NCBI GenBank assembly: GCA_007695015.1
Contig: REEN01000063.1
Span: 37,302 to 101,301, forward strand
Length of the DNA stretch: 64,000 nucleotides
Direction: 5' to 3'
From: Marinilabiliales bacterium
GTDB taxonomy: Bacteria; Bacteroidota; Bacteroidia; Bacteroidales; PUMT01
Shown: positions 46,552 through 56,828 of the stretch, in pieces
How positions within the stretch are numbered: position 1 is the first letter of the stretch
How the letters are laid out: every line of letters starts with the position of its first letter
Made by a program: the position numbers and the translations under genes
The notes under the pieces: generated by a model
Told to the model about the DNA's origin: nothing
Databases searched by the model: none
What the model saw: the letters and a program-made list of their open reading frames with translations, nothing else

Positions 46552-47574
46552 TCAGAAAAGCAATGCCTGTCCGCCTTTAATATCCCTTCCAAGATGCCTT
46601 AAACCCAGCTCTGTTATTTCTCTTCCGCGTGGTGTTCTTTTAATGTACCCCTCTTTTATCAGAAAAGGTTCGTAAACCTCCTCGATAGTACCCGCATCCT
46701 CACCTATTGAAGTTGCGATTGTGGAAATCCCAACAGGTCCTCCTCCGAATTTATCAATTATAGTAAGCAATATCCTGTTATCCATCTCATCAAGCCCGTG
46801 CTTATCAATGTTCAGGGCTTCAAGTGAATATCTGGCTATTTCCATATCAATTTTACCATGCCCTTTTACCTGCGCAAAATCCCTTACCCTTCTCAGAAGT
46901 GCATTTGCAATTCTTGGTGTGCCCCTGCTTCGTCCGGCAATTTCTATTGATGCATTATTATCAATTTCTATATCAAGAATATATGCAGATCTCTTGATTA
47001 TGCCATCAAGAATCTCAGCGTCATAATATTCCAGGTGTGAATTTATCCCGAAACGTGAACGAAGGGGCCCTGTAAGCAATCCGCTTCTGGTTGTTGCACC
47101 TATCATGGTAAACGGATTAAGTTTCAGTTGTACTGATCTCGCACCAGGACCTTTATCGATAAGTATGTCAATTTTAAAATCTTCCATTGCAGAATAGAGA
47201 TACTCTTCGACAACCGCACTAAGCCGGTGAATTTCATCGATGAAAAGTACATCCATTTCGTCAAGGCTAGTCAGAAGTCCCGCGAGATCACCAGGCTTAT
47301 CAAGAACAGGACCGCTGGTAATTCTTATATTGACCTCCATCTCATTGGCAATAATATTGGCCAGTGTAGTCTTTCCAAGTCCGGGTGGTCCGTGCAGCAG
47401 AACATGATCCAGGGCCTCATCCCTCATTTTAGCAGCTTTAACAAAAACCTTAAGATTTTCCACTGTCTTTAACTGCCCGCTGAAGTCCTCAAATACAATA
47501 GGCCTTAGCTTCTTCTCATACTCCAGGTCCTGGTTGTCAGGCATATCTTTTCTTATGTCATACTCGCCATCCAT
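46552..47574 (-). CDS. ruvB: Holliday junction branch migration helicase RuvB
   Basis: Walker [13 protein letters not shown], Walker B LFIDEIH, an arginine finger region, and a winged-helix C-terminus. Confidence 0.96.
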   Translation of the reverse strand: MDGEYDIRKDMPDNQDLEYEKKLRPIVFEDFSGQLKTVENLKVFVKAAKMRDEALDHVLLHGPPGLGKTTLANIIANEMEVNIRITSGPVLDKPGDLAGLLTSLDEMDVLFIDEIHRLSAVVEEYLYSAMEDFKIDILIDKGPGARSVQLKLNPFTMIGATTRSGLLTGPLRSRFGINSHLEYYDAEILDGIIKRSAYILDIEIDNNASIEIAGRSRGTPRIANALLRRVRDFAQVKGHGKIDMEIARYSLEALNIDKHGLDEMDNRILLTIIDKFGGGPVGISTIATSIGEDAGTIEEVYEPFLIKEGYIKRTPRGREITELGLRHLGRDIKGGQALLF

Positions 47575-47582
47575 TTATTCAA

Positions 47583-47596
47583 AACTGTTGACAGTT
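47583..47596. promoter_or_regulatory. palindrome AACTGT-TG-ACAGTT next to the ruvB start
   Basis: It has 6-bp perfect arms and lies 9 nt upstream of the ruvB ATG (47574). It contains a CTGT...ACAG core, though the spacing differs from the E. coli LexA box. Confidence 0.25.
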
Positions 47597-48017
47597 CATT
47601 TTACATGTATGCAAATCTAATCTATTTATCTGCTGTTAACACACTATTATTATCATTAAAGTTAATTAAAATTAATAATGATGATGTATATAGCCTGTTG
47701 ATACTGTTGAAAAATAAAACCGGTTAAAATACTCACATGTAATGAGCAGTAAGGCAATTTATCATTAACAATTAAGATTGTCATACATAACACTGTGTCA
47801 ATAATATAAGAATATAAATTAACAATTTTGAGTAATGTTGAAAACCACTTTGTTAATTAAAGGCCGGCTTGGCCGTGTTAAGAAATTATTGATTCTTTAT
47901 CTGATAAATACCTTTAGAATATTTTCAAATCACCACAATTTTTTTATAGGAACAATTAAACTTCAGAATCAATTATTTTAATAAAAATTTATCACCCGTT
48001 TTATTAATAGTAATTGT

Positions 48018-48025
48018 TAATTTTG
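48018..48025 (+). promoter_or_regulatory. Bacteroidota -7 promoter-like motif upstream of rpiB
   Basis: TAATTTTG lies 29 nt upstream of the ATG at 48054. Confidence 0.3.
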
Positions 48026-48053
48026 TATTTCTTATCATAAACGCTGATAAATA

Positions 48054-48494
48054 ATGCCTGAGAATATAAGATTAGCTTTAGGATCCGACCATGCAGGGTT
48101 CAAAGTTAAACAAACAGTCATTGATCATCTTAAAAAACATGGATACAGTTACCGGGATTTTGGAGCATATTCCGAAGATGCTTCAGATTACCCTGATTTT
48201 GCTCATCCCGTGGCACAGGCTGTTGAGAGCGGAGAATATGATTTTGGTATAGTCGTTTGCGGAAGCGGTAATGGTGTGAATATGGTGGTAAACAAACATT
48301 CGGGCATCAGGTCGGCTCTGTGCTGGAACAGCGATGTTGCCCGGGTTGTCAGGTTGCACAATGATGCCAATATATGTGCGCTTCCGGGCCGGTACATAGA
48401 CGGTGAGCAGGCAACAGAAATAGTAAAGGTGTTTCTAAATACTGGTTTTGAAGGTGGCAGGCACCTGCATCGCATAAACAAGATACCGGTATAA
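48054..48494 (+). CDS. rpiB: ribose 5-phosphate isomerase B
   Basis: LALGSDHAGFKVK, GIVVCGSGNGVNMVVNK, and a RpiB/LacAB fold length of 146 aa. Confidence 0.9.
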   Translation: MPENIRLALGSDHAGFKVKQTVIDHLKKHGYSYRDFGAYSEDASDYPDFAHPVAQAVESGEYDFGIVVCGSGNGVNMVVNKHSGIRSALCWNSDVARVVRLHNDANICALPGRYIDGEQATEIVKVFLNTGFEGGRHLHRINKIPV

Positions 48495-48535
48495 ACATAT
48501 TCCCGTGACACAGAACCGGGGTAGTTGGTTCGCAT

Positions 48536-49669
48536 ATGGCAGGCATATATATTCATATTCCCTGGTGCAGGAAAGTCTGTATCTATTGTGATTTCCATTT
48601 TTCGGTATCGTTGAGGGACAGGAAAGAGATGCTTGATTGCCTTTCGGCGGAATTGCATATGCAAAAAAACTACCTTGCCGGTGAAAAAATATCTTCAATA
48701 TATTTTGGTGGTGGAACACCTTCTGTACTTGAGGCAAGGGAATTAAGGATATTGCTTGACACGATATACAGCATTTTTGATGTTGACTGCAATGTTGAGA
48801 TCACGCTTGAAGCAAATCCTGATGACCTCTTTCCCGGTTATCTGCTGGATATTAGTCATGCCGGAATAAACAGACTTAGCCTGGGTGTGCAGTCATTTTT
48901 CGGGGAGGATCTTGCCTGGATGAACAGAAGACATGACGAAGCTGCATCAATTGCATGTATTGAAAGAAGTATATCGGCAGGTTTCACAAATATAAATATT
49001 GACCTGATTTACGGGCTGCCGGGGATGGATGATGCCAGATGGAAAAGAAATCTGGGGTTCTTTTTCGGCACCGGAGTTAATCATCTCTCCGCCTACCACC
49101 TGACCCTTGAAGAGAAGACAGTCTATTACCACAGGGTAAAGAAAGGAATACTGACAAAACCTGACCAGAACAAAGGGGCACGACAGTTTGAGATGCTAAT
49201 GGACAGGGCTGCCAGGGAGGGATTTATCCATTACGAGATATCAAATTTCTGCCGGCCAGGCAATTTTTCAAGACATAATACAGGATACTGGCTTCAGCAT
49301 CATTACCTGGGAGTAGGTCCTTCTGCCAATTCTTACAATGGCGGCTCCAGGCAATGGAATGCCCGTAATAATACGCTTTATATAAAGAGCATCAAGGCCG
49401 GGAAAATACCCTTTGAATATGAGGAGCTTGACAAAGCAACCCGCTATAACGAATATATCCTTACATCACTTCGGACTGTATGGGGGGCTGACCCGTCATA
49501 CGTGGAGAGGATTTTCGGAGAAGAGTATACCGGTCATTTCCTTAAGGAGACAGACAGGCTCACCGGTAAAGGCTTTATTGAGATGAGGAAAGGGAACATG
49601 GTGCTGACCAGGGAAGGCAGGAAGCTGGCTGATGGTATAATATCGGGGCTGTTCAGGGAAAATGAGTGA
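48536..49669 (+). CDS. hemW: radical SAM heme chaperone HemW (HemN-like)
   Basis: GIYIHIPWCRKVCIYCDF (CxxxCxxC), YFGGGTPS, and a HemN C-terminal domain. Confidence 0.9.
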   Translation: MAGIYIHIPWCRKVCIYCDFHFSVSLRDRKEMLDCLSAELHMQKNYLAGEKISSIYFGGGTPSVLEARELRILLDTIYSIFDVDCNVEITLEANPDDLFPGYLLDISHAGINRLSLGVQSFFGEDLAWMNRRHDEAASIACIERSISAGFTNINIDLIYGLPGMDDARWKRNLGFFFGTGVNHLSAYHLTLEEKTVYYHRVKKGILTKPDQNKGARQFEMLMDRAAREGFIHYEISNFCRPGNFSRHNTGYWLQHHYLGVGPSANSYNGGSRQWNARNNTLYIKSIKAGKIPFEYEELDKATRYNEYILTSLRTVWGADPSYVERIFGEEYTGHFLKETDRLTGKGFIEMRKGNMVLTREGRKLADGIISGLFRENE

Positions 49670-49716
49670 TACGTTTTTGGGAATTATCCTTAACTACCTG
49701 CTAATGTTCACATTAA

Positions 49717-50646
49717 CTATTGGATCATATCTTCTCTGATAATTCCCACCAGCCTGATTATTTCTTCAATATTCCGTGGATTGTAGACATATTGGCGCTC
49801 TTTCGAAACGATTGTCCTGCTTGCCGTATCAATAATCAGGTCATCCTCTTCGAAAAGGATCTCGACCGAGTCAAAGACGTTTTTAAGCTGCCTGAACATT
49901 AGCAGGTACCTGGCTATGAAAGGATCATCCTGATAGTTTGCAAGCAGCGCTGTCAGTCTGTCAAGAGAATATTTCTGGGCAAGTATTTGCTGTTCAAGGT
50001 TCAGGTCAGGATCTTCAGGATCATGAAAATGGCAGGCAATATACAGACCCTCAACCCATCCTCCTGCAATAATGAGCGCTGCTGCTCCGTGACGTTCGTT
50101 CTGCCTGAGCTGCCTGTCAGCTTCAATATAGAGACTGCTGGCTATTCTGAAAAGAGAATCGGGTTGATAGATAACCCCGTCGCGGACTGCCTCAGCCTGG
50201 TTGATTATATTGCCACCTATACCAAGTCTGTCGGCCATCCTGTAAATGACAGACATATAATTGATCGCTTCCTGTGTCTGCCCGAACATGTGTGCGAAAC
50301 TCATGGCGGTTCCGTAAATACCAAGGTTGACAGCTATCTTGTTGCTCGAGTTATACCTGTAAATGTTTTCAGGCTGATTCAGAATATTCTCATCAAAGAG
50401 AATATTGATTTGCTGAAAAAGCCTTTGCGATTCCATGGGTGAAGCAAGATCATAGAATATGGCCCTTATCTCTTCAAGGTCATTTATGTCGAGGTCAATT
50501 TGGGTAACCTCAGGCATGAATGTTCTTGTTTCCTCCCTTTGCCTGCATGAAAAGGCAGTTATCACAATAAGGGCTGCCAGCATGGGCAACAGTACTTTAA
50601 GAGCCGGTTTTCGAGGTTTTGCCATATGTTCATTAACTGCAGTCAT
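49717..50646 (-). CDS. hypothetical lipoprotein
   Basis: Signal sequence plus lipobox (LAALIVITAFSC). 309 aa with helix-rich composition and no motif I recognise. Confidence 0.6.
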   Translation of the reverse strand: MTAVNEHMAKPRKPALKVLLPMLAALIVITAFSCRQREETRTFMPEVTQIDLDINDLEEIRAIFYDLASPMESQRLFQQINILFDENILNQPENIYRYNSSNKIAVNLGIYGTAMSFAHMFGQTQEAINYMSVIYRMADRLGIGGNIINQAEAVRDGVIYQPDSLFRIASSLYIEADRQLRQNERHGAAALIIAGGWVEGLYIACHFHDPEDPDLNLEQQILAQKYSLDRLTALLANYQDDPFIARYLLMFRQLKNVFDSVEILFEEDDLIIDTASRTIVSKERQYVYNPRNIEEIIRLVGIIREDMIQ

Positions 50647-50683
50647 AATTATATTACTGTTCAGTTAGGTGATATAAAAATAC

Positions 50684-50715
50684 AAAAAAAAGCTTACCGG
50701 CAACTGTTTGCCCGG
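50684..50715 (-). terminator. rho-independent terminator after dnaG
   Basis: On the minus strand, CCGGGCAA-acag-TTGCCGG (one bulged G) is followed by TAAGCTTTTTTTTG. It starts about 64 nt after the dnaG stop. Confidence 0.6.
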
Positions 50716-50778
50716 ATATTTGACTTTAAAAGAGCGTTTGGCAAGGAGTGCTTTGACTTTAGTATGCCGCGGCTATTG

Positions 50779-52713
50779 TCAGGAAACTATACGGTTGCCC
50801 AGTTGTTTTGCCAGCTGAATGCTTGCTGTTTTAAGTATCATATGACGTTGCTGAAGCAACAGAGATTCTTCGCTTTCTGCTGTTCTTAGCTTTTCTTCGG
50901 TATCCTTCAGCTCCTTTCTTACAAGGAAGCTCTTGAAGGCAAGGATTGTTGAGGGAACCAGCTGACCGAGCTTCATCTCCTCTGTTTCAATATTTGCTTC
51001 TTTCCTTCTCCATATCCTGCTGATATCGTATGAGGTGCTAAGCAGATCAGCTGCAGTACTGCTGATTGTGGTATCAGGGTGGTTGGAGAACTGTTTTCCC
51101 GAAACTTCACCGTTCTCAGCGATAATTAAGGCAGTCTCCCTTATAATGGTGTTGTAAACCGGATTTTCCAGTTCGAGTTCATCTCCCTGGAGCTCGCCGA
51201 TAATATAGGCAGCCACTTTTACCGGTTTGTTGCCGGTATTCTCATCAGGCGGGAAAAGCTCAATGTTGCCATAATTCATCAGCAGACGGATTATTTCCCT
51301 TTCAATGGTCTCCCTTTCGGAGCGTTTGCCGGGCGATGCCTGTGGGCCTGACTTTGTCTTGGAGGACTTGAAACCGGCATCATTGTACCTGTAATTAAGC
51401 CTCTTTTCTGAATCCTTTCTTCTGATCTCGTCAGCCTCCCTGTAGAGGATACTCTCTTCCACGTTCAGTATTACGGCACACTCCCTTATATATACCATCC
51501 GTGTGATACGGTCGGGTATCCTGGCCACCGACCTTACAATGTCGGTTATCATCATCGATTTCCTTACAGGGTCGCTCTTTGCATCTTCACTTAGCAGCCG
51601 TGTTTTGAAGAGGACAAAGTCGAGCTCATTCTCATTGATGTAGCTGGTTATTTTGTCAGAATCGGTCTTTCGCGCGAATGAGTCAGGGTCTTCGCCTTCG
51701 GGAAACAAAAGGACCCTTACATTCATGCCCTCTTCGAGTATCAGGTCAATACCCCTCAGGGAGGCTTTAAGTCCGGCCTCGTCACCATCATACAGGACAG
51801 TAATATTTTTGGTGAAGCGCTTGATAAGTCGGACCTGCTCAGCTGTGAGCGCCGTACCGGATGAGGCGACAACATTTTCAATCCCTGCCTGGTGGAGCGA
51901 AAGTACATCGGTGTATCCCTCGACAAGATAACACTTGTCATTCTGGACAATGGCCTTTTTTGCATAATAGAGTCCGTAAAGAATCCGGCTTTTATGGTAT
52001 ATCTCCGACTCGGGCGAATTGAGGTATTTGGCGGTATTCTTGTCCTGCTTCAGTGTACGGCCACCGAATGCCGTTACCTTCCCCGAAAGGGAATGGATTG
52101 GAAACATCACCCTGCCGCTGAACCTGTCGAACAGCCTGTCGCCTTTACGTATTGACAAACCTGTTTTTTCAAGGAACTCTTCCTTGTAGCCGTTTTTCAG
52201 TGCTTCTCCGGTGAATTTATCCCAGCCTTCGGGAGAGTATCCGAGCTGGAATTTTTCTATCATGTGCTGCCTGTAGCCCCTCTCTTTCAGGTAAGCCAGG
52301 CCGACTGCCAGTCCCTCGTCGCTGTTGTTAAGGCTGTTGCTGAAGAAACGCTGGGCATATCCGGTAACAAGCATCATGCTTTCGCGTTCGTTCTGTTTCT
52401 CCTTTTCCTTGTCGCTTACCTCTGTCTCGACCACCTCAATGCTGTATTTGCGGGCCAGGAACCTGAGTGCTTCAGGCCATGAGACATGCTCGTGTTCCAT
52501 TATGAAATTCACCGCGTTGCCACCCTTGCCACACCCGAAACACTTGTAGATCCCCTTGGCGGGCGAAACGGTGAAGGAGGGAGTTTTTTCGTTGTGGAAC
52601 GGACAAAGTCCGAGATAATTGACACCGCGTTTCTTCAGGGTTACGAAATCCTGCACAACATCGGTAATCTCTGCCGTATCTATTATTCTTTCTATGGTTG
52701 CAGGATCGATCAT
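50779..52713 (-). CDS. dnaG: DNA primase
   Basis: Zinc finger CPFHNEKTPSFTVSPAKGIYKCFGCGKGGN and a TOPRIM domain (LVEGYTDVLSLHQAG, LYDGDEAG). The ORF-track start at 52719 is a GTG; the ATG at 52713 gives MIDPATIE... Confidence 0.95.
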   Translation of the reverse strand: MIDPATIERIIDTAEITDVVQDFVTLKKRGVNYLGLCPFHNEKTPSFTVSPAKGIYKCFGCGKGGNAVNFIMEHEHVSWPEALRFLARKYSIEVVETEVSDKEKEKQNERESMMLVTGYAQRFFSNSLNNSDEGLAVGLAYLKERGYRQHMIEKFQLGYSPEGWDKFTGEALKNGYKEEFLEKTGLSIRKGDRLFDRFSGRVMFPIHSLSGKVTAFGGRTLKQDKNTAKYLNSPESEIYHKSRILYGLYYAKKAIVQNDKCYLVEGYTDVLSLHQAGIENVVASSGTALTAEQVRLIKRFTKNITVLYDGDEAGLKASLRGIDLILEEGMNVRVLLFPEGEDPDSFARKTDSDKITSYINENELDFVLFKTRLLSEDAKSDPVRKSMMITDIVRSVARIPDRITRMVYIRECAVILNVEESILYREADEIRRKDSEKRLNYRYNDAGFKSSKTKSGPQASPGKRSERETIEREIIRLLMNYGNIELFPPDENTGNKPVKVAAYIIGELQGDELELENPVYNTIIRETALIIAENGEVSGKQFSNHPDTTISSTAADLLSTSYDISRIWRRKEANIETEEMKLGQLVPSTILAFKSFLVRKELKDTEEKLRTAESEESLLLQQRHMILKTASIQLAKQLGNRIVS

Positions 52714-53123
52714 TTGCACAGATCAGGGTTATATGTTCTGACGAAGAAAAAAAGAGCCGTGGTAAAGTTAATCAATAATCAACTCACATTTACAGCACGG
52801 GGGACTGTTGTTGTATTTTAGGCCGGAACTCATTATATTGTGCAATTGTAATAACAACAGCCGGCGGAATCAAACATTTTTTGCTATGGAGGGCAAATTG
52901 GAGATGTTGTGTAATGACCTATTGGCAGATATGAAAGCCCCATCAGACTTCGTCAGACAAAATAACATAAACAAACCATGCGGGTTCCATACGTTCAAGG
53001 CACTGAATACCGATAGTATGCTAAACATAATTCACTGATTATTAATTTGATTAACATGATTTGCACGTATGAATATGTAGCCGGATGTTAGTCTGAATTT
53101 TACACATAAAATACCCGGGCAGG

Positions 53124-53822
53124 ATGGAAAAACTGGTTGTTTTATCCGGAGCCGGCATAAGCGCCGAAAGCGGCATTAAAACATTTCGTGATATGGGGGG
53201 GCTATGGGAAGAGTACGATATCATGGAAGTTGCAAGTCCGGAAGGATGGGCGCGAAATCCTAAGCTGGTTCAGAAATTTTATAATGACAGGCGAAGGCAG
53301 CTTCTGGACTGCAAGCCGAACAGGGCGCACCTGCTGCTTGTTGAACTTGAAAAGTTCTATGACGTTGAGGTCGTAACACAAAATGTTGACGACCTGCACG
53401 AACGGGCAGGCAGCAGCAGGGTGCTTCATCTTCACGGAGAGCTGAGGAAGGCGCAGAGCACTCATGATCCTTCGCTGGTTTATGATATTGAGGGGTGGGA
53501 GATAAAGGAGACTGACAGGTGTGAAAAGGGCTACCCGTTGAGGCCTAACGTAGTATGGTTCGGCGAGCCGGTGTATGCCATGGAGCCGGCAATGGACATT
53601 GTGTCAAAGGCCGGCATTCTGGTGGTGATCGGCACCTCGCTTAATGTGTATCCTGCAGCAGGCCTTGTGGACTATGTTCCTGACAACTGTTCGGTGTACC
53701 TTATCGACCCCAATGAGGTGATGTATTACGGAAGGAAAAAGGTTAACTTTATTAAGGAGAAGGCCGGTAAAGGCACCGGTATTCTGTTTGAGCAACTGAC
53801 AGGGGAGAAACCGCCTTTTTGA
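53124..53822 (+). CDS. cobB: NAD-dependent protein deacylase (Sir2 family)
   Basis: LSGAGISAESGIKTFRD, QNVDDLHERAG, HLHGEL, GTSLNVYPAA. Confidence 0.9.
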   Translation: MEKLVVLSGAGISAESGIKTFRDMGGLWEEYDIMEVASPEGWARNPKLVQKFYNDRRRQLLDCKPNRAHLLLVELEKFYDVEVVTQNVDDLHERAGSSRVLHLHGELRKAQSTHDPSLVYDIEGWEIKETDRCEKGYPLRPNVVWFGEPVYAMEPAMDIVSKAGILVVIGTSLNVYPAAGLVDYVPDNCSVYLIDPNEVMYYGRKKVNFIKEKAGKGTGILFEQLTGEKPPF

Positions 53823-53868
53823 AATACCCGGGTTGCCGGCAGAGGCATACCGGTAAATACTTTTTAAA

Positions 53869-54492
53869 ATGAAGAGATACATATTCTTACTTATCTTTGG
53901 TGTGGTGGCGCTCTGTTGCCGGGATGCCGGCGCGCAGGTGTTCAATGCCGGTATGGGGGGAGGACTTAACATTGCACAGGTCGAAGGCGACGGTTTTTCA
54001 GGATACAACAAGCCGGGTGGTTTTTTCGGTCTTTTTGTATCTACCCCGGTAAGCGAATTTTTGTCTGCCCGCATGGAGATAAACTACTCTTCCAAAGGAA
54101 GCATGTTTCCTACTTCGATAGATAATCCCCGATATTACAAAATTGATCTGCGGTATGTTGAGATACCAGTGTTGATGCGCTACTCCTGGTCATCAGGCAT
54201 TATTGCCGAGATTGGCCTGTCGGGCGGGTATCTGTTCTTCTCGCGTGAAAAGGATGCGGGTGGGTATATCCCCCCCGAAGAGACACTACCATTCAGAAAA
54301 GGAGAACTTGCCGCACACGCAGGAGCAGGCTGGCAGTTTACAGAAAAGATTTCTGGCCATGCGAGGGTTGCCTTTTCAGTTATACGGGTCAGAGAACATG
54401 CGGGCGGTGGAACCTACCGCTTCAACTGGGGCCAGTTCAACAATGTTCTGTCGTTTACGGTGCAATACACTTTTTTATCGAGTGCATTTTAA
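53869..54492 (+). CDS. outer-membrane beta-barrel protein (PorT/OmpA-like small porin family)
   Basis: Signal peptide, a beta pattern of about 8-10 strands, the motif YVEIPVLMRY typical of Bacteroidota 'porin family' proteins, and a C-terminal F. Confidence 0.7.
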   Translation: MKRYIFLLIFGVVALCCRDAGAQVFNAGMGGGLNIAQVEGDGFSGYNKPGGFFGLFVSTPVSEFLSARMEINYSSKGSMFPTSIDNPRYYKIDLRYVEIPVLMRYSWSSGIIAEIGLSGGYLFFSREKDAGGYIPPEETLPFRKGELAAHAGAGWQFTEKISGHARVAFSVIRVREHAGGGTYRFNWGQFNNVLSFTVQYTFLSSAF

Positions 54493-54529
54493 GCTATATA
54501 CGGTTTTTAAGAGCAGCTCTCACTGCCAG

Positions 54530-55231
54530 TCAGGCATAGGCTATGGTGAGGATGCTGACCCTGACCCCCCGGCCCCGTAGCAGTGCTGATGCACATGCTT
54601 CCAAAGTGGCTCCGGTCGTCACAACATCATCAACCAGTATGACGTGCTTTCCTGTTACCTTTTCGGGCTTATCTACGCTGAAGCAGTTTTCAACGTTCTC
54701 CCATCGCTGCAGGCGCGACCTCCTGGTTTGTGTTTCTGTTCCTTCAAAGCGAACCAGCACATCGGCAGCTAATTCCTTCCCCATGCCCGATGCCAGTCCA
54801 CCGGCAAACCACTCGCTCTGGTTGAATCCTCTTTTTCTTTGCCTGAGATGATGCAGAGGCACGGGAAGCAGCAGATCGGCCTCCGATAACAGCCGGCAGC
54901 CGGCCAGTTCAATGCCGTATAAGGCGCCGAGGTAATGTGCCAGTTCCTTTTTACCCCGGTACTTGATATGGTGAAGAATGCGCCTGCATTTGCTTGCTCT
55001 TTCAAAATAATACATTGCTGCGGCAGCCTCTATGCGGACCCTTCCCCAGAAGAGCTGTTCCATCGGATTATGCCGGTCTTTGTGGAAGTTGGTTTTTGGG
55101 AGCATATAGAGGCATCGCGTGCATATGTGCTCCTCCTGTTTTACCAGTGTGGTGCTGCAGCCTGCGCACAGGCGCGGGTAGATAAGGTCAAGCAGCTCCC
55201 TTGCGGTTTCAGTTATGATATTCTTCTGCAT
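54530..55231 (-). CDS. comF: ComF family protein (amidophosphoribosyltransferase-like)
   Basis: The start is taken at the ATG at 55231 (MQKNIITETAREL...). It has an N-terminal double CxxC zinc motif (CAGC ... CTRC) and a PRTase loop (VILVDDVVTTGATL). Confidence 0.85.
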   Translation of the reverse strand: MQKNIITETARELLDLIYPRLCAGCSTTLVKQEEHICTRCLYMLPKTNFHKDRHNPMEQLFWGRVRIEAAAAMYYFERASKCRRILHHIKYRGKKELAHYLGALYGIELAGCRLLSEADLLLPVPLHHLRQRKRGFNQSEWFAGGLASGMGKELAADVLVRFEGTETQTRRSRLQRWENVENCFSVDKPEKVTGKHVILVDDVVTTGATLEACASALLRGRGVRVSILTIAYA

Positions 55232-55382
55232 AGCCGGCGGTTGCTTATACAATTTACAAAAAACAACTGGCAAAGTCAATAGTTTGAACTGGTCAGGGGA
55301 TCGTACTTATGAGGGAAACCTGATGTGACGGCACGAAAAATCACAGGCTCCTGCCTGCCAAAATCGATTCCGACGCGGTGGA

Positions 55383-56660
55383 TCAGAACCTGGTGTTAAC
55401 TACATTTGTGAACTGCGAGCCGAAACTGTATGCAAGTCCCACTGAGCCGGAAACCTGGTAATTGGTTGCGAGTCTGCGTTGTTGCAGCAGTATCTCTTCG
55501 AGTGAAAGATCACCCGCGGGCAGCGCTACAAGGTCGTTTATAAAGTCGAAATTACTTGTAAGATTAAGAGAGAGTCCTTTTATAACTCTCAGGTCCAGGC
55601 GGGCAAACAGAGATGCCCTGTTTGATTTAAAATCATGGAAGTGGTGGGATCCGGACAATCTTGCCCTGAATGAACCCCAGGGCTGCTGGAAGCTTGCCGA
55701 AAGGTTAACACTATGGTGAGCAAGGAATTCATGGTTTTTGCCGAAGATTGTCTCTTCCATATAATAGTGCTGACCTGCACCTGCACGATAAACTATGGTA
55801 ATGGCCCTCCTGGTGGCTTCGCTGTAGGGATAGAGGCTGTACTCTATGCCGGGGCTGATCGTTGTATTGAAACTGATGTTATGAAAGGTGCTGGAGAGCA
55901 TTCCTGTGAATATGCCGGCCGACCAGTGCTGGTCAATGCTTCTGATGAAGTTTCCCTGGAAACCGTGTCTTCGTGAACGGCTTGTTATTACCCCGTCGTC
56001 GGTCTTGAAGTTCCGTTCGTTAAGGTTGAAATAGGGCCGGATCCTTATTTTCCAATCTTCAGATACCTTGTCGGCCGAGAAGCCCCATCTTGAATCGAAC
56101 CTGTCCTGGCTTGCTTCCTTGTTGAAGTTTGCTCCCCCGAATATTTCAAATACCCAGTTTTTCCAGGGGTCGTCGACGGGGAGCGACTCGGCCTCCCGGC
56201 CGCCCCTGATGCTGAGCGAGATATTGTGGACCATGTCGGTGCCGGCGATGTAGGGGACAAGTCCCATCTGTATCATATTGGCAAGGCCCCTCCTGGTATC
56301 ATCTGAAGAGTTGTTGCCCGGCGCCCAGTAGGTAATGACATTGTTCATGCCCTCATAAGGTCCCCTTCCTATAAATGATATAACATAATTTTCACCCGTC
56401 GAACCCGAGCCGTGACGCGAAATCATTATGTGGACCTGTGACATCTCACGGTCTCTTACATAGTTTACAAATGTAACGGTCTCCCTTATATATTGCTGAT
56501 GAAAAGGAAAATCGAGGAATACAGGAATGAAATTATTCCGGTCTGTTATTGCAGTCCTTTCGTTGCCAATAGCCAGGTTGTCAATAAAAGAGAATAGTAT
56601 TAATGCAGACAGTATTATGAAATATCTGGTTGTTGAAATAAATCTGTTGTTCTTTGACAT
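55383..56660 (-). CDS. hypothetical outer-membrane protein (beta-barrel-like)
   Basis: N-terminal signal or anchor, a C-terminal half with alternating beta pattern, and a terminal ...NTRF. I recognise no family. Confidence 0.6.
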   Translation of the reverse strand: MSKNNRFISTTRYFIILSALILFSFIDNLAIGNERTAITDRNNFIPVFLDFPFHQQYIRETVTFVNYVRDREMSQVHIMISRHGSGSTGENYVISFIGRGPYEGMNNVITYWAPGNNSSDDTRRGLANMIQMGLVPYIAGTDMVHNISLSIRGGREAESLPVDDPWKNWVFEIFGGANFNKEASQDRFDSRWGFSADKVSEDWKIRIRPYFNLNERNFKTDDGVITSRSRRHGFQGNFIRSIDQHWSAGIFTGMLSSTFHNISFNTTISPGIEYSLYPYSEATRRAITIVYRAGAGQHYYMEETIFGKNHEFLAHHSVNLSASFQQPWGSFRARLSGSHHFHDFKSNRASLFARLDLRVIKGLSLNLTSNFDFINDLVALPAGDLSLEEILLQQRRLATNYQVSGSVGLAYSFGSQFTNVVNTRF

Positions 56661-56828
56661 TATTAAAAATGATATCGGTGTTTATAAGTTCATAAATTCC
56701 CAGATAAAAAGGGGTTAATACAGGTGCAGTGGCTCCCAGGTAATTCGGGGAGGTCAAAGTTGTTTTAAAAAAACGGGGTCTGCAATTTGGAAGCTGTTAA
56801 ATAAAGTTAATTCATGGCCGGCAACAGA

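Noticed and set aside
47575-48053. Replication origin (oriC) in the AT-rich region
   Set aside because: I could not find DnaA boxes (TTATCCACA or close variants), and there is no dnaA or dnaN nearby. AT-richness alone is expected for divergent Bacteroidota promoters.
48203-48737. 153-aa and 100-aa minus-strand ORFs spanning rpiB/hemW
   Set aside because: They are antisense to two well-supported genes and bridge their intergenic gap. I recognise no motifs in them.
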